A stretch of 45,911 bases of DNA from a virus (lineage: Duplodnaviria; Caudoviricetes): positions 1-45,911 of the IMG/VR virus record IMGVR_UViG_3300037760_000067; one strand, 5' to 3'. The stretch's first letter is position 1; every line of letters starts with the position of its first letter. The position numbers and the translations under genes were made by a program. Positions 38,532 through 45,911 of the stretch are shown one piece after another. Under the pieces are notes generated by a model. It saw only the letters and a program-made list of their open reading frames with translations. It was not told the DNA's origin and did not search any database.

Positions 38532-38801
38532 TCAGCCCTCCGGTGGCAGGTCCACCACGACCGCCTCGATTCTCCGGATCGCCGCTTCCATCAGCCGGAC
38601 CTGTGCTACCGCTGCGTCGTGGTTGCACTCGCCTCCCTCGTCTCGGAAGCTGATCGCGAACTCACGCACTACCTGCAGTGCCGCATGGGCGTCCTGCAGC
38701 GCCTCCTGTGCGGCCATCAGTCGCTCGCCGCACTCGCGCAGCGCCGCGGTCGGTCCTGTCTCGACGTGGCCCCGGTAGACCTGCTGGTCCCGCGTGTCCA
38801 T
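38532..38801 (-). CDS. Hypothetical protein ending PPEG
   Basis: Starts in the shared junction motif. Confidence 0.6.
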   Translation of the reverse strand: MDTRDQQVYRGHVETGPTAALRECGERLMAAQEALQDAHAALQVVREFAISFRDEGGECNHDAAVAQVRLMEAAIRRIEAVVVDLPPEG

Positions 38802-38803
38802 GC

Positions 38804-39019
38804 TCAGCCCTCCGGTGGGAGCCGTAGCGGTGGCACCCACGCAAGCTCCACGACTTCGGTGAGGTCGCGAATCAGGTTCGCCGTATCCACGTCCGAGAAC
38901 ATGCGCTTCGCCGCCGCCTCGGGATCGCCTCCCCGCACGAGCGCGCCGATCTCCCGTTGCCATTGGCGGGCACGTAGTACGAGATCGCGGACCTCTGCGT
39001 CGCTACCCCAGCGTCCCAT
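38804..39019 (-). CDS. Hypothetical protein ending PPEG
   Basis: Bounded by junction motifs. Confidence 0.6.
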   Translation of the reverse strand: MGRWGSDAEVRDLVLRARQWQREIGALVRGGDPEAAAKRMFSDVDTANLIRDLTEVVELAWVPPLRLPPEG

Positions 39020-39021
39020 GC

Positions 39022-39279
39022 TCAGCCCTCCGGTGGCGCAAGGTGCGACGTGAGGCTGCGGAACGTGGCAATTATCTCGTCGAGCATTCCCACGTCAGCT
39101 AGCGCCTCCACCGGCCATGAAAACTCTGCCCACACCTTGCCGTCGGTGACGCGGTAGCAGTTCATCTGGCCTTCGACCTTCCACAGCCATCCCCGCACAT
39201 CACCGCGCCGGAACGCAAGCTGATCAGGTTCGGTCGTGGTCGCGAGTTCATCGAAGTCGAGATCGGCGGGCAGTTCCAT
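39022..39279 (-). CDS. Hypothetical protein ending PPEG
   Basis: Bounded by junction motifs. Confidence 0.6.
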   Translation of the reverse strand: MELPADLDFDELATTTEPDQLAFRRGDVRGWLWKVEGQMNCYRVTDGKVWAEFSWPVEALADVGMLDEIIATFRSLTSHLAPPEG

Positions 39280-39281
39280 GC

Positions 39282-39539
39282 TCAGCCCTCCGGGAAATCG
39301 TCTGCATCCACATCGACCGCATTTGTACGGGTCCACTCGTTGGGGTTGTCGTTGCTGATGGTCTGCCCCAGCAACGTGCCGCACTCGCCCTCCACTTCGT
39401 ACGCGTACAGCACGGTACGGCCTTCGTGCAGTCGAGAGCGATAGTCGGCGAACAGGAAACGCGCGGACCCGTCGAACTCAGTCGCCAGCACCCGCGTCTC
39501 GCCATCCAGCGGCCCGCCGTAGAACCGGATCGTTCTCAT
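39282..39539 (-). CDS. Hypothetical protein ending FPEG
   Basis: FYGGPLDG N-terminal motif; GAGG RBS. Confidence 0.65.
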   Translation of the reverse strand: MRTIRFYGGPLDGETRVLATEFDGSARFLFADYRSRLHEGRTVLYAYEVEGECGTLLGQTISNDNPNEWTRTNAVDVDADDFPEG

Positions 39540-39546
39540 CGCATCC

Positions 39547-39852
39547 TCACGCGGTTGGCCACAGTTCCAAGTACTCTAGCACCTGCGTCGGCGTCAAGCG
39601 TTGCTCCTCGATCACATGATACTCCGCTGGGCTGATTTCCGCCAGAAACACCCGCTGGTCGCGCAACACCCACATCGCCAAGATCGCCGGGCACTTCGTG
39701 CACCGCACGGTCAGGAAATCGTTCGACCGCGCGGCGACGCGGACGTGGTGCCCGTGGGGGCAGACGACCCGCCCGCGGTCGACGATCCGGAGCCAGCGGA
39801 CGCGTGCCCCTGGCGGCTCGAGGCGAACGAGCGCGTCAGCGCGACGCGGCAT
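39547..39852 (-). CDS. Putative zinc-binding protein (possible late regulator)
   Basis: CPHGHH...CTKC; directly downstream of the RAMP-like gene. Confidence 0.55.
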   Translation of the reverse strand: MPRRADALVRLEPPGARVRWLRIVDRGRVVCPHGHHVRVAARSNDFLTVRCTKCPAILAMWVLRDQRVFLAEISPAEYHVIEEQRLTPTQVLEYLELWPTA

Positions 39853-39858
39853 TTAGGG

Positions 39859-40500
39859 CTAGGCCGCGGCGGCGCGCACGGCGGACACCTCCACCCGCTG
39901 GAAGCGTCCCCAGCCCAGCGCGCTGCTACGCTCAGGGCGCCCCTCGCAGATGCCCACACCCCACCCGGCTTGGTCGACCAACGCCAGCAACTGCTCCTCG
40001 CTGACCAGTCGCGAGTTGAATTCGATGGACACGCGCAATTGCCACTCGTCGTACTGCGGGCGATAGGCCAGCCCACGCGTGTTGATGCCAATCGTGACCG
40101 CGTCCTCTCGCATCGTCGGGGTCGCGCTGCTGCCATCGTGCCGCTCGATCGGGACCAGCGCGGCGCTCTCGTCGTCCGTGAACGAGACGAACAGCGCTTG
40201 ACGCAACCCGACCTTGGTCAGGTCGTCAAATGCTGTCGCCGCTGAGACGAGCGCCTTTTTGAGAGCGGTGACGGGCACGCAATCCCGATCCTCTGCGTCG
40301 ATGTAACGCGCCGCGTTGAACTCCTCCAACGGTCGCCGCTCGGCCTTGGCCTCCCGCTTCTTCTTCGCCTGCTTGTCGCGAATCTCCTGCTTGGCCTTCT
40401 CCGCGAACGCGTGCACCACAAGCAGTGCGCCAGGCCGGTTCCTGAGCACTACGTCGATCTTCTGGATCACCGGGGGGTTGTCCGTCGATTTCGTGGCCAT
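39859..40500 (-). CDS. Stand-alone RAMP/Cas7-like RNA-binding protein (Vipr-like), 213 aa
   Basis: N-terminal strand ending LLVVH, VPVTALKKALVSAA helix motif, C-terminal Gly-rich loop GWGVGICEGRPERSSALGWGRF; GGAG RBS before ATG at 40500. Confidence 0.75.
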   Translation of the reverse strand: MATKSTDNPPVIQKIDVVLRNRPGALLVVHAFAEKAKQEIRDKQAKKKREAKAERRPLEEFNAARYIDAEDRDCVPVTALKKALVSAATAFDDLTKVGLRQALFVSFTDDESAALVPIERHDGSSATPTMREDAVTIGINTRGLAYRPQYDEWQLRVSIEFNSRLVSEEQLLALVDQAGWGVGICEGRPERSSALGWGRFQRVEVSAVRAAAA

Positions 40501-40533
40501 CGTTATGTGTCTCCATGTGTGAGTTGTGCCACT

Positions 40534-40799
40534 CCTGCCATGCCATGCCCAGCCGCATCGCGCCCGGCCTTGCCGCACCAAGCCCGGCCTGCCTCGCCAC
40601 GCCTAACCGGGCCGTACCGCGCCTAGCCTCGCCTGCCTCGCCTTACCTGGCCTAACCCGACCATGCCTCGCCCCACCCGGCCAGACCGCGCCTGCCGTGC
40701 TAAGCATCGCCTCGCCCAACTTTGCCTCACCCGACCATGCCAGACCTGCCGTGCCCAACCAGATCGCGCAGCACCGGGCCCAACCGGGCCTCGCCTGCC
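40534..40799 (-). ncRNA. GGY-NN pentamer array: five candidate guide RNA units separated by GGCAGG
   Basis: 48 pentamers, 42 with exact GGY; boundary hexamers (CCTGCC on plus) start at 40534, 40588, 40632, 40691, 40745, 40794; RNA function inferred. Confidence 0.8.
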
Positions 40800-40812
40800 G
40801 TGTGTTAGCTCA

Positions 40813-40983
40813 TCACACCTCCGTGGGTTGTAGTGCCAGCTGACGGCCTGCGAAGGGTTGGGGCTGCCTCCCCCCTTGCCTCGGGTACGATCGTTCGTCC
40901 TGCGTGACGCAGGACCCCTCTGCGTCGATTCTGGCGGCCAGGTCCAACCGCTGGCCGGGATACACGACGTGAAAGCGACTCAC
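40813..40983 (-). CDS. Hypothetical protein
   Basis: GTGA-coupled 56-aa ORF ending just before the array. Confidence 0.4.
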   Translation of the reverse strand: MSRFHVVYPGQRLDLAARIDAEGSCVTQDERSYPRQGGRQPQPFAGRQLALQPTEV

Positions 40984-41411
40984 GGCGCCACCAGCGGGGT
41001 GATCGTGAGCACGATCCGGTACGACACGCCGCGCTTGACGACCTGCTCGGGGAGTCCTGCCCACTCGATGTTCCGCTTCCGGTCGTCGGCGATGTACTTG
41101 GCGTGTCGCAGCCAATCGAGCAAAAATTTGTGCCTAGCGAGTGCGTTGTCGTCGTCCATGTGCGCGCCGAGGTGCATGACGCTGGCGATGCGGACCCGCT
41201 CGTAGGGCGATTCTGGCCGGCGAGGCAGCGCGCCGCTCACGTACAGCCCGTTGAGCACCTTCCAGTAGGCTTTCTTGCGGCCTTCGGCTGCCCGCCAGTG
41301 CCGCGACTCGCGAGTGTTGGTCAAGTTCGGCGGCATGGGTAGCGTGATCTCGATGACACCGGCGAGCCTGTTCGCGGCCTGGCGTAGCGGATCGGGGGCG
41401 ATCTGGCTCAT
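40980..41411 (-). CDS. RusA-like Holliday junction resolvase
   Basis: ITLPMPPNLTN..HW..MDDDN..LLDWL..IADD acidic catalytic pattern. Confidence 0.7.
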   Translation of the reverse strand: MSQIAPDPLRQAANRLAGVIEITLPMPPNLTNTRESRHWRAAEGRKKAYWKVLNGLYVSGALPRRPESPYERVRIASVMHLGAHMDDDNALARHKFLLDWLRHAKYIADDRKRNIEWAGLPEQVVKRGVSYRIVLTITPLVAP

Positions 41412-41617
41412 GTGCCCACCGCCGCGTAGCACGTACGGCATTCACGACGGTCGCCGCTGTTCCACGCGCCGCAGCCTGGGCTACCGCACCGCCACAATGG
41501 CCGGCTGGAGCTCGGCGGGTAGTCGTGCGGTGGCGCGAAGTCGGCCTGGAACTCGAGCTGACGGCGCGTGTCGCCGTGGATCAGTTCGCGCCGCTGCCAA
41601 TTTGGGTGGCGGGTCAT
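41408..41617 (-). CDS. Small zinc-finger protein
   Basis: WRCGSPGCGAWN..RRECRTC (RanBP2-like pattern). Confidence 0.5.
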   Translation of the reverse strand: MTRHPNWQRRELIHGDTRRQLEFQADFAPPHDYPPSSSRPLWRCGSPGCGAWNSGDRRECRTCYAAVGT

Positions 41618-41801
41618 GCGCACACCCCGATCGCGAACAGCGCCGCGAGAATGAGCACGGCCAGTGCGGGCGAGACGCCATGCTCGTTGGGGCGGAAGAA
41701 CGCGTCGAGCCAATCCCGCCAATTTGTCATGTGTTCTGCCATTATGTCACCTCGCAGCAACGGTTTGCCACGCAAAGGGGTTTGCGGTGGTTCGGGCTGG
41801 G

Positions 41802-42902
41802 TCAGGCTGCCGCGGTCCTGATGCCGTGCAGTGCAGCGTCGAGGTCGCGGCGACGGTCCAGCGGTAACTCCACCGTGCGGCCCTTGTCCCAGCCGAGATA
41901 AACCTTCCGGCCTTCACGGGACCCGTAGTGACGCAGCTTCATCATGAGCACGCCGGAAACATTCGGTTCCAGCACGGTTTGCGGCTCGGCGATGTTGTCG
42001 CGGGCCGCCTTGACCGCCGCCGAGTACTCTTTCGACGTTTCGTTCGGGAGTAGACCGCGGACGGGTCGGAACAGCCCGATCATGCCGGTCGCGATCTTGC
42101 GCTTTTCCGAGCCCATGTAGACGGCGGAATCCATGAGCGGGCCGTACTTGGCCAGGTGGTCGCGGGTCTTCCGCAGCATCTCCTGGTTTGCCTGGCTCAT
42201 CAGCACGAGGCAGAGGTCGAAGTGCTTCGCCAGCGCGAGGGCGGCGCGGTTGACGGCCAGGGACGCGGTCCATTCGCTGCCGCCCTCGCTGGGCTGCAGG
42301 TGATCGACGTGGTCCACGATCACAAGCTGCGCGCCGCGGTGTTTGGCCTCATCGCACGCGGTGTGGAGCGTGTCGACGGTGATCACCGAGGTCGCGTGGA
42401 TGCGGACACGGGCACCGAATTGGCCGTCTTGCATTTGCTGCATCTGGCGCCGCACCTCGTCGCGCATGGACGAGGCGGACGGGTAGCCGTGCTGGCGATA
42501 CGAGTGGTGGAAATCGCCAGAGAACATGAGCCCTGGGTCGATCCCGACGTCCTGACAGGCGAGATAGGCGCGAAACGCTTCGGCTTTCTGCTCGAGCGGG
42601 AGCACATCGAGCGAGACACCAGCCTTGACCCATTCGCGAATCGCCGACGCGATGAACGTGGTCTTCCCGAGCCCCGAGAACCCGACGACGTAGTGCACCT
42701 GGGCCGGCCCCATGCCGCCGTAGACCTGGTCGAGCGACGGCCAGGGCCAGCGCACGTAGGCATCGGCAGGCCGGTCCAGCGCGATGGTGGCGTCATCGAT
42801 CTGCGACTCGGCTTCGCTCGACATCGCGTAGCAGGTCATGCACTGCTGATCGCGATAGAGGCTCTTAGTCTGGCCGCAGACGCGGCAGTCGCCGAACGCC
42901 AT
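41802..42902 (-). CDS. DnaB-like (SF4) replicative helicase with N-terminal Cys4 motif
   Basis: GFSGLGKT Walker A, VIVDHVDHL, LMSQAN, KLRHYG. Confidence 0.85.
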   Translation of the reverse strand: MAFGDCRVCGQTKSLYRDQQCMTCYAMSSEAESQIDDATIALDRPADAYVRWPWPSLDQVYGGMGPAQVHYVVGFSGLGKTTFIASAIREWVKAGVSLDVLPLEQKAEAFRAYLACQDVGIDPGLMFSGDFHHSYRQHGYPSASSMRDEVRRQMQQMQDGQFGARVRIHATSVITVDTLHTACDEAKHRGAQLVIVDHVDHLQPSEGGSEWTASLAVNRAALALAKHFDLCLVLMSQANQEMLRKTRDHLAKYGPLMDSAVYMGSEKRKIATGMIGLFRPVRGLLPNETSKEYSAAVKAARDNIAEPQTVLEPNVSGVLMMKLRHYGSREGRKVYLGWDKGRTVELPLDRRRDLDAALHGIRTAAA

Positions 42903-43840
42903 TAGCTGGGCCTCGTGATGCGCTCGAGTTCAGCCGACATCCAGCCGTCGACCACCCCGACGAAGTCCGGCCGACTCCGGTCGGTCGTGTTGTAATCCTC
43001 GGCCGCATCGGTCCAGGAGTCATGTGTTTCCGCAAAGCGGTGGAGGGATGCGTATTTGGCGTCGGTCGCCTCGAGATAGCGATCGAGCCGGTCACGCTCC
43101 TCCTCGGGTGGTCGGCCCTTGAATGGGCAAAGCGCCTTAGCAGCCTTGCCGAACGGGAACGATCCAGCGCCGAACCGCTTCTCCCACGGCCCGACGTACG
43201 GCGTGAGCCAGGTGAACCGCTCGGGCTTCGGTTCAGCCGGCAGGTCCGGTGCATCGGGCTGCTCAGGACCAGCAACAGGCCGAGCATCGATGCACTCATC
43301 GAGGGTAGCCGGGAGGGCGGATTGCGGTGCTTTGGCTTTTCGAGAGGCGCGCTTTTGCCTTTCGACGCGCGGCGCAGCCGCATCTTCTTTAACATCCATT
43401 CCACTCCCATTCCCCTCCTCCTCCCCTCCCATCCCATCCCCCGTACACTGCTCACCGAACGTTCGTCGAACGTTCTCCGAATGGTCGCGACTATTCCCCG
43501 AACGATCGGGCGGGGCAGGCAAGGTACTCGGCTGTGGCTTGTCTATCTTCTGGTGTCGCTTGAAGTTATCCACTGCCAGGTAATGCTGTCCATGATCCTC
43601 GTACAGCTGCACGCGCTCGGCTCGTGCCAGCAACACGAGCATCGCCTCCACTTCCGGGACCGTAAACTCGTCGTACGGGAAAACGGACGCGCGGATCAAT
43701 TTCGGGTTGGCTCGCGCCCGGCCTTCGTCATCACAAAGGGCTGAGATGATGCCGATGTAGAGCAGGCGAACATCTCGAGGCAGGTTGCCTAGTTTCTCGT
43801 CAGTCCAGAATGACGGCTTGATGGAACGGATTCGAGCCAT
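42902..43840 (-). CDS. Phage replication initiator protein
   Basis: MARIRSIKPSFWTDEK..RLLYIG..DDEGR..NFKRHQKI N-terminal domain; coupled to the helicase. Confidence 0.8.
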   Translation of the reverse strand: MARIRSIKPSFWTDEKLGNLPRDVRLLYIGIISALCDDEGRARANPKLIRASVFPYDEFTVPEVEAMLVLLARAERVQLYEDHGQHYLAVDNFKRHQKIDKPQPSTLPAPPDRSGNSRDHSENVRRTFGEQCTGDGMGGEEEGNGSGMDVKEDAAAPRVERQKRASRKAKAPQSALPATLDECIDARPVAGPEQPDAPDLPAEPKPERFTWLTPYVGPWEKRFGAGSFPFGKAAKALCPFKGRPPEEERDRLDRYLEATDAKYASLHRFAETHDSWTDAAEDYNTTDRSRPDFVGVVDGWMSAELERITRPS

Positions 43841-44031
43841 TAGGCGTCTCCCGTCTGGCGGGCTCTGCCGCCGAACCATTTGTCCATGATGTAGGGGGGC
43901 GGGGGCGGCGGAGGCGGGTCAGCGGTGCCGTCCAACAGGTCGGCGAGCCTGCGCAGACTTTCCGGGCGCAGCGTTTGCGCCCCCAGGTCAGCGTACCGGC
44001 GAAGCAGGTCAGCGTACTGTTTCGGATCCAT
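43840..44031 (-). CDS. Hypothetical protein
   Basis: Coupled ORF, GGAG RBS. Confidence 0.5.
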   Translation of the reverse strand: MDPKQYADLLRRYADLGAQTLRPESLRRLADLLDGTADPPPPPPPPYIMDKWFGGRARQTGDA

Positions 44032-44201
44032 CAGTCAGCTCCTTCGTGTCGTGGTTGGGTCGCGTGCACGTGCCCCTCCCGGATCTCGTCGGCAATGCGT
44101 TCGCACTGGTCGGGCGTGAGCGTGAGCCCGGCCACGGTGCGCGCGGCCGCGCGGAACCACGCCTCGAGGAGGGTCAGGGAGCCAGCGTTCGGCGCGCTCA
44201 T
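44031..44201 (-). CDS. Hypothetical protein
   Basis: Coupled ORF. Confidence 0.45.
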   Translation of the reverse strand: MSAPNAGSLTLLEAWFRAAARTVAGLTLTPDQCERIADEIREGHVHATQPRHEGAD

Positions 44202-45019
44202 GCTGCGGTCCCCCCGCGGTCCGGGTCCGCGCTGGTGGCAGGCGGGCGCTTCGTAAGCGCGTGACTCCGGAGCCACAGGTCCGCGTCAATGAGCGCGTTG
44301 CGCGTGTTGTCCGACTGGTACAGCTCGTGGTCGCTCTCTTCGTCGATCGCCCGCTTGAGACGGCGGATCAACCCTGCCGCGTCATCGGCGAATTGGTCGT
44401 GCACCCGCACCGCGCGCGCTTTCCACTGCTGGGCATCAGCCTCCGCCGCCTGGCGTCGCTGCTGCTCCTCGGCGAGCAGGTGGTGCGCGGCCGTCTCGCG
44501 CTCGCACGCGGATTCCCACTCGCGTTTGTACTCGTCCCGACGCTCTATGGTGACGCGCAACGCGGCAACGAGGGTCACGGATACGGCGATGAATGCGTTG
44601 GCCGCATCTTGCACGTCGTCATCGTAGTCGGTGCTGCACACTCGGTCGTATTCCGCCAACGCCTGACTCGGGAAGTCGTGCGCGATGGCCGCCTCCACGT
44701 CGCCGTCGCGCGCGGGCACCGTGTCAGGCGCGGAGCGTCGCGGGCCGTGGCTGAGTCGCCGGTGCGACGCCATCGCAGCCGGGTAGCCGGTAAAGGCGCA
44801 GTCCTCGCGCCCGCACCGGGTGACACCCTCGCTCTCGTCAGGGGCGGCGCTGTCGGGCGCGAGGTACGAATGCCAGCGTTCGCGCCAACGTTCGGCCGCC
44901 TGTCTCCACTCGTCGGGCTGCTCGTCCCAGTCACCGCCGCTGACGTTCGCGATCACGACCCACGCCTCGTACAACATGTCGTCGCCGCTGCTCGGCGCGT
45001 TCGTTCGTTCGTCACTCAT
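44198..45019 (-). CDS. Hypothetical mosaic protein with C2H2-like motif and coiled-coil
   Basis: 273 aa; CGREDC..H..H; GAGGAG RBS. Confidence 0.6.
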   Translation of the reverse strand: MSDERTNAPSSGDDMLYEAWVVIANVSGGDWDEQPDEWRQAAERWRERWHSYLAPDSAAPDESEGVTRCGREDCAFTGYPAAMASHRRLSHGPRRSAPDTVPARDGDVEAAIAHDFPSQALAEYDRVCSTDYDDDVQDAANAFIAVSVTLVAALRVTIERRDEYKREWESACERETAAHHLLAEEQQRRQAAEADAQQWKARAVRVHDQFADDAAGLIRRLKRAIDEESDHELYQSDNTRNALIDADLWLRSHALTKRPPATSADPDRGGTAA

Positions 45020-45212
45020 GGTCGGTGCTCCTCGGTTCGTCGGACGCTTCGCGCGTGGCGATCGGCGTCAGGCGCACAAGACGTTTGTCGAGACGTCGCC
45101 GCCACCGAGAATCGCATCGCAGACAGCGAAAAGTGCCGTCGTGATAGGGTTCCAGGACGAAGCAGGGGCATACGTCGTCAGGCGCTGGCGTGCGCTCGGG
45201 CTGCGCGGTCAC
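45012..45212 (-). CDS. Small Cys-containing hypothetical protein
   Basis: CPC..CLRC; coupled. Confidence 0.45.
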   Translation of the reverse strand: MTAQPERTPAPDDVCPCFVLEPYHDGTFRCLRCDSRWRRRLDKRLVRLTPIATREASDEPRSTDHE

Positions 45213-45445
45213 GGGGCGGCTCCGGCGTCAGGCAGAAAAGGCTTGGGCAGCGGTACGCGCTTGCCGCACGCGAGGCAGCGGCCGGTTTTGGGCCAGCGAC
45301 CACGGATCAATGAATCGTCGGCGAGCCGGTGATCGCCGACATCGCCGTAGAAGTGGTATCGCTCCCACCCGCTCACGCGCCGCGCGTATTCCAGCCCGTG
45401 ATCTTCGCCGCAGCGGGGGCAGTTCCACGCCGAGTTTGCGCTCAT
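45209..45445 (-). CDS. Small zinc-ribbon protein
   Basis: CPRC...CLAC; coupled. Confidence 0.55.
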   Translation of the reverse strand: MSANSAWNCPRCGEDHGLEYARRVSGWERYHFYGDVGDHRLADDSLIRGRWPKTGRCLACGKRVPLPKPFLPDAGAAP

Positions 45446-45732
45446 CGGGTCCCCCGCGACTCGGCGCTGCTCGGCGGGGCGGCGGCGATGGTGCTACGGG
45501 TATGTACCCTGACAGCGGCCACGGCTGCGGCGAGGAACGCGTCGCCCGCCTGCGGGAAGGCGTACTCGCGCACGGCTTCGGGCGTCAGGACCGGTGGCTG
45601 ACTCCAATTGCACGGGCCTCGTCCACGCACGTGCCACCAACCAGACGACAGGCGACGGATGCTGATGGTGTGGAAGTCACGCGCGCTCACGGGGACCTCC
45701 AGGAAGGGGGAGGTCCACCACTTCGCCACCAC
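45442..45732 (-). CDS. Hypothetical protein
   Basis: GWWHVRGRGPCNWSQPP; first ORF after attP; start uncertain. Confidence 0.5.
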   Translation of the reverse strand: MVAKWWTSPFLEVPVSARDFHTISIRRLSSGWWHVRGRGPCNWSQPPVLTPEAVREYAFPQAGDAFLAAAVAAVRVHTRSTIAAAPPSSAESRGTR

Positions 45733-45754
45733 AGGCCTTTTGGGAAAAGCCCAG

Positions 45755-45796
45755 TGGGCCCTGCAGGAATCGAACCTGCGACCGTCGGATTATGAG
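45755..45796 (-). other. attP core: 3' half of a CAU-anticodon tRNA (probably tRNA-Ile2, possibly Met)
   Basis: Minus strand CTCATAA-TCCGA-CGGTC-GCAGG-TTCGATT-CCTGC-AGGGCCC-A; no 5' half upstream; near int on the circle. Confidence 0.85.
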
Positions 45797-45911
45797 ACCG
45801 TTGTACTATCACGCCTTTTACCTCCACACTAGGGCGTTACCGTCCACGAACGCGCCGTATTGCTCCGGATCACGACCGAACCGCGCCCGAAGTTCCCCAC
45901 TTGGCCACCAC

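Noticed and set aside
38804-39019. LIRD in this ORF as a self-target of array unit 2
   Set aside because: Only the first four dinucleotides match in a skip-one reading; compatible with chance
40226-40626. ORFs crossing the array, including the 40581 upstream start of the RAMP-like gene
   Set aside because: They give low-complexity G/A/R/W translations expected from the pentamer pattern; a GGAG RBS supports the ATG at 40500
40534-40799. Calling the array a CRISPR or a simple microsatellite
   Set aside because: There is no 25-45-nt constant repeat with unique spacers, and the variable positions are not copies of each other as slippage would produce
45755-45830. Complete phage tRNA gene
   Set aside because: No 5' acceptor strand or D-arm upstream of the anticodon loop; only the 3' half is present
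45785-45911. 127-nt terminal repeat as a biological direct terminal repeat
   Set aside because: The length equals a common assembler k-mer and the repeat starts in the middle of the attP tRNA fragment; best explained as circular contig overlap

Overview
The window is a complete, circularly assembled genome of about 45.8 kb from a GC-rich temperate tailed phage (HK97-type head, long non-contractile-type tail). The first 127 nt repeat exactly at the end. Almost all genes are on the minus strand. On the circle they run: Phd-like gene, early genes, xis-like gene, tyrosine integrase, attP (3' half of a CAU-anticodon tRNA), replication initiator and DnaB-like helicase, RusA-like nuclease, terminase, portal, protease, capsid, glycosyltransferase and methyltransferase, neck, tail, lysis, extra tail-fibre-like genes. 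An XRE repressor and a lipoprotein are on the plus strand. The standout feature is at 39859-40799. It is a 266-nt non-coding array of 48 (GGY-NN) pentamers, divided into five units by GGCAGG boundaries, directly upstream of a stand-alone RAMP/Cas7-like gene. This is a candidate programmable RNA-guided system that uses a non-contiguous dinucleotide code, matching my recollection of the recently reported VIPR type. Other unexplained structure includes a duplicated ~80-nt structured leader before the packaging and lysis genes, small genes with near-identical PPEG-coding junctions, an attP that separates the early promoter from the replication genes, and several domain fusions. All function calls come from reading motifs by eye; no database searches were run.
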